Positions 27,571 through 40,040 of a stretch of 64,000 nucleotides of DNA are shown piece after piece (within the stretch, counting starts at the first letter, position 1; every line of letters begins with the position of its first letter). Position numbers and translations under genes: made by a program. The stretch is from the human T2T-CHM13v2.0 reference genome, Homo sapiens. Below the pieces are notes generated by a model that was given only the letters and a program-made list of their open reading frames with translations, was not told the DNA's origin and ran no database searches. The stretch lies in assembly GCF_009914755.1 (NCBI RefSeq), contig NC_060934.1; one strand, 5' to 3'.

Positions 27571-28551
27571 TGGGCAACTGGAAGTGACTTGCCTGAGGCC
27601 AATCAGGAAATCAGAAATCGGTGAAGTGTAAAGATGAGAATTCAGGCCAGATGAGATTATCAGCCTAGGAGTTGTAAACTGTGCCTTGATGTCTAAATCC
27701 AGTGTTAACTACACACACACACACCCACACACACACACACACACCACACAATCATGCTGGTTTACAAACTTTCCGAAGTTATCTTTCAAATCACCTAATT
27801 CCCCCACCAACCCACTCTCTCTTTATACCACATTATAGTACTTTTTACTACTAGTGAGTAAAGGATTAGATGGGATTTTGGCTGTTTAGAATTCTGCTCT
27901 TGGCAAATTGTCCTGAGAAAAATGACCAGTGAAAATTTGAGAAATAAAATACCGGGAAAAACCGTCCTCAGTATTAGCTTCATAATGAGAAGCCAAAATC
28001 AATGTGTGAAAGTTTTCATCAGGTGAGTAAATTTAAACATTTTAAAGAGAATATTTCTAATCAAACATTTATCAGCAGCCAATTAAGACTTTCCAGTCCT
28101 TTCCAAAGCCTTGTGATTGGAGATCCCTCGAATTACTACCTTATTTTTTTTAAATCAAATTTCAAAAAGTAAAGGCAGGATTTCTATCAGGACTTCTCCC
28201 TCTTCTGAGGTTGTCTCAGCAGGGTTGTCTTAAGTGTCTGCTGGTTTATTGTGTCAATTCTATACACTTATTTGTCAGAGATAAAGTAAATGGTATGGGC
28301 TGAAGTTCTGAACAGACACCTCACCAAAGATCTACAGATGGCAAATAAGCATATAAAAAATGGTCCATATCATCTGTCATCAGGGAAATGCAAATTAAAA
28401 CAACCATGATAAACCACTACACACCTATTAGAGATACTAAAATCCAGAACACTGAGCCCTCATTCACTGCGGATGGAAAGGTAAAATGGTCCATTTGCAG
28501 CCACTTTGGAAGAAAGTTTGGTGGTTTCTTACAAGACTACACATATTCTTA

Positions 28552-28660
28552 ATTTTTTTTAGAGATAGGCTCTTGCTTTGTTGCCCAGGCTGGTCTCGAA
28601 CTCCTGGGCTCAAGCAATCCAAAGTGCTGAGATTACAGTCATGAGCCACTGTGCCCAGCC
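28552..28660 (-). mobile_element. FLAM/Alu left monomer
   Basis: ctggtctcgaactcctgggctcaagcaatcc..gagccactgtgcccagcc. Confidence 0.85.
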
Positions 28661-28666
28661 CTCTAC

Positions 28667-28962
28667 TTTTTTTTTTTTAATTTTTTTATTTTAATTTCTT
28701 TAGAGACAGGGCCATGCTCTGTTGCCTAGGCTGGAGTGCAGTGGTGTAATCATGACTCATTGCAGCCTTGACCTCCTGGGCTGAACCAATCCTCCCGCTT
28801 CAGCCTCCTGAATAGTTGGAACTACAGGTGTGCACTTCTGCACCCAGCCAATTAAGAAAATTTTTTTGAGATGATGTCTCACTTTGTTGCCCATGCTGGT
28901 CTCAAACTCCTGGGCTCAAGCAATCCTCCCACCTCAACCTCCCAAAGTGCTGGGATTATAGG
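28667..28962 (-). mobile_element. AluJ
   Basis: J diagnostics; atattctta is duplicated on either side of the FLAM+AluJ cluster. Confidence 0.9.
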
Positions 28963-31015
28963 GATATTCTTACCATGGATCCAGGACTCATGCACCTTGG
29001 TATTTGTCCAAAGGAGTTGAAAAATTATGTCCACAAAAAAACCACACATAGATGTTCACAGAAGTTTTATTCATAATTGACAAAACTTGGAAGCAATCAA
29101 GATACCCTTCAGTAGATGAGTGGATAAATAAACAGTGATCCATCCATACAACAGGATATTATTAAGTGCTAAGAAGAAATAAGCTATCAAGCCACCAAAA
29201 GACACTGAAAAACCTTAAGTGCATATTACTAAGTGAAAGAAATGCATCTGAAAAGGTTGCATTCTATATGACGTTTTGGGAAAGGCAAAACTATGGAGAC
29301 AGTAAAAAGATAAGTGGTTGCCAGGGGTTGGAGGAGGAAGGGAGGAACAGGTGGAGCACAGGGGACTTTAAGGTAGAGAAACTACTCTGTATGATACTAC
29401 AGTGATGGACACATGTCATTGTACATTTGCCCAAACCTACAGAATGTATAACATGAAGAGTGAGCCCTCATGTTCACTCTGGACTCTGGATGATGATGGT
29501 ATGTCAATGTCGGTTCATCCATGTAACAAATAGACCACTCTAGTGGGAGATATTGTTAATTGGGGAGGCTGTGGGTGTAGGGGAGCAGGGAGCATATGGG
29601 AAATCTCCATACCCTCTGTTCAATTTTGCTGTGACCCCAAAACTGCTCTGAATAAGGTCTATTTCAAAAAAAAATTTCCTCAGAAGCTTTTATGAATAGC
29701 TCAGAAGATCTCTACTGCACAGGATAATTATTGCAGTTGATAAAAATTTCATTTAAGTTTGCAACTCTGCAAGGTTTCATTTTGGCAAATCAACATTTTG
29801 CATCAGTAATGCATATTTCTTTACACTTCATTTATTAGTGTTATAATTTTGCAAAGATTTCCAGTAGAGCATTTATTTGATCACGTATGCATACATATGT
29901 ATATGTGTGTGCCCACATGTATGAATGCATGTGTCTGAATTTGTACATGTCTTTAGAAACACATACATACATGTGTGCCCACTGTATTAGATCTCTGTTG
30001 GTCACTGGCTATTTACATAAAAATTTTCTCTGTCTCGGTTGTGGTAAATGGTAGTAGTAAACAGAAATCAGGATGTGTGAATTAGGTTATGTGTAACCAT
30101 TTGCCATTTGCACTGTAATTAATTTTATAGTCTATGCATCAACAGTATGTAAAACACCCTGTCTGATTGTTCCTTGAAATCTAGGGCTTCTGCTCTGTGA
30201 CTCCTGACAGTGGGACTCCAAATCTGTTAACAAAGTGGAACAGGAAGTCCTGGCCAGGGCAATGGGACAAATACTTGGGTACAGGAGCACTTAGACCAGT
30301 CCAGGCCACTTCCTGTGCAAGTCTGGGAACTGCATTCCTTCACGTGCTTTGTCTACCTGCTCTCCTTCTCTGAAGGCAGGAGAGAGAGAGAGAATCAGTC
30401 TGCAAGAGAGGAATCCTCTGTAGACACATGCTTCAATGATTCCCAACCTTAAGGAGTTCAGTGGCTGATTCATGCATGTATTTGGAGGCGCCTTATCTAA
30501 TTATAACTACATGAGTGTAACTGTCTTCTTTCAGCCAATGTGCCTATCCAAGTTTCCATCTCTGTATCTGCTCTAACAGCTCTTTCTAAAATAACTTTCA
30601 CCATCACATACAAGTGCTCACTTTGAAACCTGATTATTAAGTCCACGGAGTACTAGCTGATATATTTGCTATTTCCCAATTGGAGTTCTGTTCAAGATAT
30701 CATTTCATAGCATTGCGGTTTGTTTTGATGGGAAAGTGGGAACATTTATTTGCTTTGTGAAGTGAGAGGAGGCACCTAAATGCAAGATACATCTGATAGG
30801 ATGTATCAGGGGAACACAGGGGGAAAAGATCCAATAACAGTTATAAATAGTAGCTGCTATTTGTTGATCATCTAACATACATCAAACTCTGTGCCATGGG
30901 CTTTGCACACATTATCATAATCATACCAAAGACTGTATAAGGAGGGCTGTGTTGTTTCCCCTATATGAATGAGGAAACCGGGACTCAATCCTTCTTGGCT
31001 ATGAAACATATTTTT

Positions 31016-31348
31016 CGTTTTCTTTTCTTTTTCTTTTTCTTTTTTTCTTTTTTTTTTTTTTTTTTTGAGACAGAGTCTCACTCTATTGCCCAGGCTGGAG
31101 TGCAGTCGCGCGATCTCAGCTTACTGCAACCTCTGCCTCCTAGATTCAAGCTATTCTCCCCATTCAGCCTCCTGAGTAGCTGGGATTACAGGAGCGCTCC
31201 ACCGCACCTGGCTAATTTTTGTATTTTCAGTAGAGATGGGGTTTCACCATGTTGGCCAGGCTGGTCTCAAACTCCTGACCTCGGATGATCCACCTGCCTT
31301 GGCCTCCCAATGTGCTGGGATTACAGGCATGAGCCACTGCACCTGGCC
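31016..31348 (-). mobile_element. AluS
   Basis: Full dimer; TSD catattttt. Confidence 0.95.
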
Positions 31349-31529
31349 CATATTTTTTTCAAAGGAGGCTTTAGACATAGAAAATTTGATACATGGATTC
31401 AGATTCTCAGAGTTTAATGTGGATTTTGGAAAATCATTCCTCGACTTTGTTTTTTCCCACAACTCTTTTGTATTTAAAGTTTCTATTGGATCTGATTTTA
31501 CAATTTTACTAAACAATGTACCTTTATTG

Positions 31530-31790
31530 TTTTCAGTGGAGCATGGGGTTAAGAGTGTGGATCTAGAATCAAATTTCCTGGCTTTCAGCTCTGACCATGC
31601 CACTTCCCTGCTCTGTGACCTTGGGCACAGCAACTGGTTTCTCTGTGCTTTCATGTTCTGGTCTGTAAAATGGGTAATTATGGCTAGCACCCTCCTCACT
31701 GAACTGTGATGAAGGCGAAACGAGCCCACGTGAGCCACGTTCTCAGAACTGCATTTGGTATGTGGTAAGCAACATGTTAGGTAGGTTATT
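31530..31790 (+). mobile_element. MIR
   Basis: ggttaagagtgtgg..ctgtgaccttgggca..tctgtaaaatgggtaat. Confidence 0.8.
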
Positions 31791-32339
31791 TTTACTTTAA
31801 TTCACCGTTCCTTCCAAGCTACTGGAATGTCCCTCTTCCAAATGTAAATGTGAACAAGGAAAAACACGTTCTTTAATACATGCGTTGTTGCATTTTGAAT
31901 GTTCAGTTGCCATTGAGAACATATCCCTTTGTTATGAAAGGAAGTACTAAAGAAAAAGAGCCTGTGGTCCTAAAGGGCCCCTCAATCTCAGACACAGCTG
32001 ATAAGCTGGATTATCTCATCAAGGTTGTGAGAGGAATGGAAACAACAGGAGTGTCCAGGGCCATTTCATTGCTCTTGTTAAATACGATGAAAATTGACCA
32101 AGTAGTAGCCCATGGCAATAGGTTAGTCAAACTAAGACTTGACTAAGAGGCTGATCATAATAATGTAATGAGAAAAATGAGCAAGACATTTGAATGGCAA
32201 GGTTGTGTGGGTGGCAGGCTTGTCGTTGAGGTAACTGATGTTATAACTTTATTGCACTCTTATTTCAGTCAAGTGAAATATCTCCATGACAAGCCAAGAC
32301 AGAGCTCTGCAACAATAGACACTTACTGTTCTGTTCGTT

Positions 32340-32439
32340 CATTCTTTCTCTTTCATTCTTTCTCCTTTCTTTCTTCCTTCCTCCCTTCCTCCCTGCCTCC
32401 TTCTTTCCTTCCTTCCTTCCCTCTCCCTCTCCCTCTTTT

Positions 32440-32533
<94 letters not shown>

Positions 32534-32713
32534 TTCTTTCTCTTTCTTTCCTTTCTCTTTTTCTCCTTTTTTCTCTTTCTCTCTCTTCTTTCTTCCTTCC
32601 TTCCTCTCTTTATTCGTCGCTCTCTTTCCATTTCTCCCTCTTCTCTCCCTTCTTCCCTCCCCCCTCTTCCCATTCCTTCCTTCTTCACTTCCTCATTTCC
32701 TCCACTCCTCTTT
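32340..32713. repeat. Polypyrimidine tract with (CTTT)n and (CCTT)n STRs
   Basis: About 370 bp, almost entirely C/T. Confidence 0.95.
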
Positions 32714-35650
32714 TGAATTTTGGGTAATCAGCTCTTCTATTTTCTTACAATAAACAGCCATCGAAATGACTTTGGCAACACATGCATTACAGGCAGCGGC
32801 AAAACTGTAGGTTTTCATCTGCCACAAAGGTTAAAGAGCTTTAACTTTTCAATTGTCAGCTTTAACCTGACAATTCCTGTCAGCCCTGAATTGTGAAAAT
32901 GTATGGTAGATAAATTGTCTAAATGCATTAAATCAATGTAAGTAACATGCAGATAATAGTGGGGAAAGTATGGCTACACATAACAAAGAAACATAAAAAA
33001 AATGACAAGTTGAATATAGTCTCCACTTCTTCATTAACTTTGTTTTGATGAATCTGTACCGACTTGTTAGAATTACCATTGCTGTAATATTGGAATGGTA
33101 TAGTAAGAAAAACAGAGTGTAATTATTCAGTGCACTCAGAGACTTCTGAGACATCCTGCTTCATTTTTTTCTATAGAAGTCAGCAAATTCAACATCGAAC
33201 ATTCTGACAGGGAAGAAATAAATCAAACCAAACAAAATTTAAAAACCTAATGCAAGCAAATATCTTTTAATGTTTGTTTCTATTGCCTTTTCCTCTATGA
33301 TGATCTCACCTCTCAGTTTTTCCTTGTTTAGAAAGTATTTTAAATGAATTAAGGAGAGTCACAAATGAGATGTCAGAGCAAATTCTTACATCAGAAGTAA
33401 TTATTTACCCACCTCCGAACTCCCTCAGATGTTGAACTACTCAAAATCTGATTTATTTCTATCCCAGTCATCTTAGGAACTTGTGATCTTACTTTTCTGA
33501 GCAATCACATAGGATGTATTTATTGCTTTAGTTATTACTTAAGACGTATAACCCTCGCATGTCAGGTTTTTTTCTTTTGGGGCAAAGATTTTCTCATGTG
33601 TAAATCTCATTTACTGGTGAGATGAGAAGTCTGGACTGTATCTTATGCTGATGTTTCTCCTTGCAGCAGTCTCCTACATATAATAATAGGCTTCTCAATA
33701 GGTCTCTGCCGCCTGATGGGTGGTGTATGCCTTGACCTCTTTCTCACGTGAGTTTGTACCCAGCAACAGCAGGACAGCTTCTCATTGGCAGGGGCTGGGT
33801 GGTTGCTAGTAACTAAACTTTTTTTCTGTCAACAAAAGGAGGAGGCAATGCTGGGCCCCATTTGGGATTCAGCCCTCCTGTTGTGCTAATAATGTGATGT
33901 GTCATAAACTGGGCTATTCGCAAATTCACATGAGGAGCAATCCTAGGTTTGTTTTCCTTGTGAACCCAGGAGAAATGACATTCTTGTCTGTAAATTCTCA
34001 CCAGAGTTACACATGACCTTGTTCACACTAGGGCATGGTAGGGCTGAGGCTAGAAAGATGAGAAGAGAAGAAGAAGAAGATTCTTGGATTGTGGTTCTGG
34101 TCTCTCTTCCCTCTCTCCCATAGCCAAATCCCGGCAAAGGAGAAAGAGGCAGGCATAACTCGAGGGTGAAAATTTATGTTCACAATGAATGAGGCTCTCG
34201 GGAGGTCTAAAAATGTACCCCTCTGTCTAGAGAGAGGGGAAAAAATTGGAGAGGCAGCTATGTCTTCTTTTATTCCCCATTTGGAAACAGAGTTAAATCA
34301 ATGCAATTGACTTCAACCCATGAATATCATGTGTACATTTTTCCAGACTCTTAATTTTAAAGCCAGTGTTTGGAAATGTTCAGTGATGACATACAGGTGA
34401 CATATAAGCAAATGGCCAAGGTTGACTTTATCATGGAGTTTTCAGGTCACCTGCTAACCATTCCAAGTATCTGATTCCAAAGCAAATAGATCTGATTCCA
34501 AAGTGAAATATCGTATAGCTCTTAGGATCTCCTCTGGGGCATTTAAGCTAAGTAAAAGGACAAGAAATGATCTACTGCACAGGATACCACTGCAGTCAAA
34601 TCACTAAAATTTCTGGAGATGAAAATTTTATTTCATTTCTTTGGCATTAAATCATTCATAATGGCTTTTCTCTTGTGAAGTTTTATGAAAATGGCAACTA
34701 CTTATTCAGATATGCAGATAAAACTCTAGTAATTTCTATTCTCTGCATAATCGTTACTAGGTCTTTCTGAGATATTGATCAGCTTCACTCATCTGAAAAT
34801 ACCTGACAGCTCCTGTGAACATAGTCAGCTCCCTGGGCCTCAGTTTCTCCATTTGGAAGAAGGTGATGTGAAACTATTGATTTATTAAATATTACTATCT
34901 TTTTCATTCATAAAAACAGAGAATTACTATGAGGAATGCTAGTAACAATTTATTCAGAAGACTTCTCTGGGCAAAGTATCTAGAATATTAATTCCATATT
35001 GAGAGAAAAATCTGTTCATCTACACCCCACTACCTCCACTTTATGCATATTTGGTAGAGATGGGGAATGAGAAGCCGCGTTTGACTTATGAGACCTATTA
35101 GTTTAGAGAAACTTGTATTACATGAAATTTTTATGAACTGACCTCCTACTTGTACTGATGCTGTTTTTTAAACTTGTTTATTATGCAAACTAGTGGATAA
35201 AAGGCTTGGATGATTTCACGTTCTCTATAATAAATCAGAGTTATTAATCACCGAGGTGTGTGGTATAGTTGGTTGCAGTTTTCTCAATCAAAGGGTGAAA
35301 CAAAATAATTTTTATATGCTATTTTTGTAGGCATTTTTGGCTCTATAATGAATAGTATTTTCAATATAAAAATAATAATTCGACAAAAAAGCAGTATATT
35401 TTTGTTACTGTGCTATTTCATCTCCCTCAAAGCAATCTATGTTACAAGCTCTTATCTTTAGAAGTTGCATTCTTGCAAGGCTATTCTGCAAGAATACACT
35501 TTGCTTAGACTCAAATCCATATGACATATTCAATTCATTATGTTGGGCTTGACATTAAAAAATGTCAAATAGCTATTGGATAATTACATATCATCAGAAG
35601 ATAATTTTTTTCCTTTAGCTTAACATTATTTAACAATTTTTTGACTGCTA

Positions 35651-36028
<378 letters not shown>

Positions 36029-36225
36029 TTATAGTACTTGAGTGTTTAAATGGGACACCAACTACTGGTTATTGTACTAATCTATATCTACATAACAGAA
36101 CTCAGAAAGTCTCTAAGGAGAAAGATCACCATGCTTCTTGGAGCTATGCAATGAAGACTCCCTTCTCTATTCTTCTTGGGTATTTTGTGTTGTCAGCATT
36201 AAATTTGTTCCAATTAAACTTAAAC

Positions 36226-36383
36226 TGGATTTCCCAAACTTGTTTGATCCTCACCTGGGGTGTCTTTAAAAAATGGAGTGCTTAAAAAACACCTGTGTTC
36301 AGAATTTTCATTAGAGAGTTTGTTCTTTAGGTCTAGGCAGTGCACAGGAGATTCTTAGGATCAAGCAGATTTGAAAATAGTGT
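36226..36383. mobile_element. MER5-like hAT MITE relic
   Basis: Terminal-like motifs tttcccaaactt and gattct..gatttgaaaatagtg. Confidence 0.4.
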
Positions 36384-39300
36384 CATTGAGGAAAGCCCAG
36401 AATCAGCTAATTCTGTATGAGGATCTCATTTCCAAGAATGTACTAATCAATTGAGTTGGGAAAAATAATTTTTAAAATAAAGAATGAAACATTCTACACA
36501 AATGCTATAAAACTGGAAGAAAATTCATCTTTCCTTTTGGTCCTTGCAGAACTGTAGCTTTTCAGGAGCATATCATCAATCTGCAGTATTAGGAACTACG
36601 AGACCATGCAACGTTGATTCTCCTTACAGTTGCTATCAATGAAACAATCCCAGACTGGCTGTTAAAATGACCAAATTCTCTCTTTCACCTGCCTCATGGT
36701 CCAGGTGTCTGGCAGAAAGAGACCCAATGACCATTTTGAATTTCAGTTGACGGTACTCATACTTCATTTATTACTGATAATATGGGCACTGTCTGGGAGT
36801 GTTTGCAGAATTTTCAATCACTTGTAAAATTCTGGGTTATGGTGGCTACGGGTGAAAATGGCTTATATCTACATGGGCGACTTAGTGAATATGGAACTGT
36901 TGTTCTCAACTCTCTTTAGCCCTTCATTAGGAAATCATGGACAAGCTTGTTTTTCTTGCCTGGGTTTACCACAGCCAAGCCCACGTGACTGGAGATGAAA
37001 CTGCCTTCTTTAAAGCACACCAAAAAAGTTTACTGTATGTTTTCTTCTCAATTTTCACAATTTTATTGGTCTTTAATAAGCATTTTCTCAAGAGCTTGGC
37101 AGTTTCCAAATGTTTTAAAATCATTTTTTACTAGCGGCTTCCACGACACACCTGTGGAGTGGGTCTGTGCTCTCAGTCATGTTTTTATGGGACGTGTACG
37201 AGCAGAAATGCAAAGAGGAGAGACAGAATCCCATTTTTAAACTCGGTGCCTTACTTTAACCCACAGGGAGAAAAGGGAGGACTTGCCTGCTTCTTCATGT
37301 TTGATGTGCTATGAGCAGCTTCAGTGATGTGGTTTCAATGAGCAGGTGCTTTCATTTCATTCTGTTTCTACTAAAAAACCTCCTCAGAAACGCAATTTAT
37401 GATAAGTTTGGGAAAGTCGATTCTCCAATTCATAAGGGTGAATGTATTGCTTAAAACCTAAACTAAACAACTCCAAACTTTAAAAAAACTACCATGTAAT
37501 TCTGGTTGTTGGGAATAAATCCCACAATATGATTTTTCAGTGCAGATAGGTGACAAATTAGCATAATGATATAATGACTTCTGTACATCTATCCTTTACA
37601 CGAAAGGTGTTTAATTTACTGAAATACAAGCTCGTGATTAAGTTCTAAGAATTTTCGTTACTAACTTTCTGATTCTTCAGCCCCCTTCCTAGAAGCAATC
37701 CTTTATGTTTGGCCTATTTAAGCTCTCACAAAAACTATTTATCACAATTCTATGTGAGTTCTGAATATTTCTTTATTTAACCATCTCCAACTTAAAACTT
37801 TCTTTAGTCACAATTGCATCATTTATTGGGCATTTGAAAACTTGAGTTTGAAGACCTAATAACCGCTTAATTCCCTTCTTTCTTTTACAACACTTCAGAT
37901 ACATTGTTGTTAGGAAACAGAGCTATTAACTCTAAATTAGTTTAAAAAAAACCTAAATAAGTAGCTCCTCTAGTAAAATTTATAAGCTTGTAGAAAGCAC
38001 AGATAGTCTGTCTTCTCCAATCAATATTTGAATTAAGTGGTAGTAGTTTTTTGCTCATTAAAAAATGTTTTCAATAAGAAGCAATGTTTTGATAAATGGA
38101 GGGGAAAATTCAAATTACATAAAGCTTTATAAAATTATTTTCATTATCATATATTTATTTTTAGGAGTCTGACTTTGTTACAAAATTCTGTTATTTTTGT
38201 GATGTTAAAAGTTGAATTTATTTTTGCCTTAGTTAAACTAAATTTAAAACTGCTTTTTATGCTTTGTTTTTTATGTATAAGGTTAGAAAACAAACAGTCC
38301 AGCAAATGAGAGTCCAACATCAATAAAAAATTTCCAATATGTATAATTAATAAATATTGAAAATATTTTTATTTATTGTTAATAATTTGTTGAGAAAATG
38401 AATTATTTTTATCAGAGCAAAAATAAAAATTCATATTTAGAAAAATTTCATTTCTCTTTTCCTATTCATCTAGTCCATAGGTCAAAAGCAAGCAAAACAT
38501 GTATTTTGGGGAAATATACAATTATGTGTATGAATTATGCTTTTATATAAAGGTAAAATATAGGACAAAATAGGTTAAAGGAATTTTTGAATTTTTAAAT
38601 GCAATTACACATATTATTCATATATATTAGTGTATCTTACTTACTTTGTGTCAATAATATTTTTACTTACTTCACACATTGTGAAGGTTTTATATTTATC
38701 TCAAATTATGAATTTCAGAATGATGCAATAAAAGTTGACCTACATTTTAGAAATTATTTTACTGAATAACTTTTGATGGTGACATTTTAAGATAAGATAA
38801 TTCCAGAGAAACACCAATAAACTAAACTTTCTTAAAAGGAAGTTGGTGAGGCTTTAATAAAGTAAATAGAGGCAAATTCATTCCATGATAACTTTTAGAT
38901 CAAGTATACTGTACTGAGATTAATTGTTCTTTTTTGTCTCTCTTTTAATTAATATTAATTATCATCATCATCATTCAAAATTTGACATTGCTAATATGTT
39001 GTCTTTTCACAGAACTTTCCTTGTACATCAAAGGATGGGCCGAGGGTGCTGTCAACCAATTCTCTTCCTCCGATCTCTTCAAACGCAGAGTCGCCCAGGC
39101 TCTGACAGTTTTGATGCATGGATAAGGACCGGTTACTTTGCATTTTTTTTAATATGGCAGAAAATTCGAACTCATATTTTAACAATAAACACTGAAATAA
39201 TGGGCGATATTTCTTTACATTGCATTGAGTGGAGAAAGAATGAGAGAAAGAAAAATGGAAGTAATCTTCGACCTTGTAGAAAATGGGTGAGTTCCCTGGA

Positions 39301-39820
39301 ACTAGGATCGGCTTTTACAGCATCCTCCTCAGCCCTTCCTTGTACAGTGCAGGATTTTAGCTTTAAGGTAGAGATTTCTCCCAATATCATAGGATCTAAT
39401 CGTTCAATCCATCATTCAAGAATGACAACAATAAAGATATAATTAGCCGTCATTGTAGTCAAATTTACTACACTTCCTAGTAGGGAGCACATTTGTGTTT
39501 TTAGTCCCTTTGAAACTCAGGTCCAGTCTATAAGCGTGGATTGCAGGCAGATCTTCAAGACGAGTGATTATTTTCTAGGTCAAAGGGATGGGTCTTGGAG
39601 AGTTAGTTTACCTGCAGTAATAAGCCCGATGGGACAAATCCAAAACGCGCTAACCCTGTACCTAAGGAACCCGGAATGGTGAGTGTAACCGAGACCCATC
39701 TGGTAGCAGTGATTCAACACACACCTCAACGGCACTACCCCAGAAAGAAACATGTTGAACCCTTCCAGAAACTCATTCTCAAGGCATGCACATGCAAACA
39801 AAGAGAACCCCAAGACTCAC

Positions 39821-40040
39821 AGTTCATTTGAATTCACAAGGGAAAATTTTCGGGATGATTGTTGCTTTGACGTTGTCTTACTGTTGCAGAAGGAAGTCAA
39901 ACCTGTTTTTAATTGCAAAACCAAATGGTTTATGCATGGGCTCTGCCATGCTTGTGTGAACATGTCGCTTTTATAACCCCCTCCCCCCTCCACGAACACG
40001 AGACTAGGCTTGCCAGCATTGTGTTTGAGCATGGTCACAT
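39821..40040 (-). promoter_or_regulatory. Candidate TATA promoter / alternative first exon
   Basis: Minus-strand G-box (39977-39991), TATAAAAG (39975-39968), donors GTAAGA (39881) and GTGAGT (39820), with CpG enrichment on the downstream side. Confidence 0.35.

Larger units (their letters stand above)
28305..29672 (+). mobile_element. L1MC1/2-like 3' end, interrupted by Alus
   Basis: tgaacagacacctcaccaaaga..aaactatggagacagtaaaaagat..caattttgctgtgaccccaaaactgctct. Confidence 0.85.

Noticed and set aside
30786-30807. 8-bp inverted repeat GATACATC/GATGTATC
   Set aside because: Short enough to be expected by chance.
31236-31738. Overlapping 157-aa and 164-aa ORFs
   Set aside because: They span Alu and MIR sequence; chance open frames.
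32168-32716. 182-aa and 111-aa ORFs
   Set aside because: Translations of the CT-rich microsatellite.
38924-39442. 172-aa plus-strand ORF in non-repeat DNA (considered as an endogenous viral element or retrogene)
   Set aside because: Non-ATG start, no recognisable domain in the frames I translated, no TSD or poly-A.
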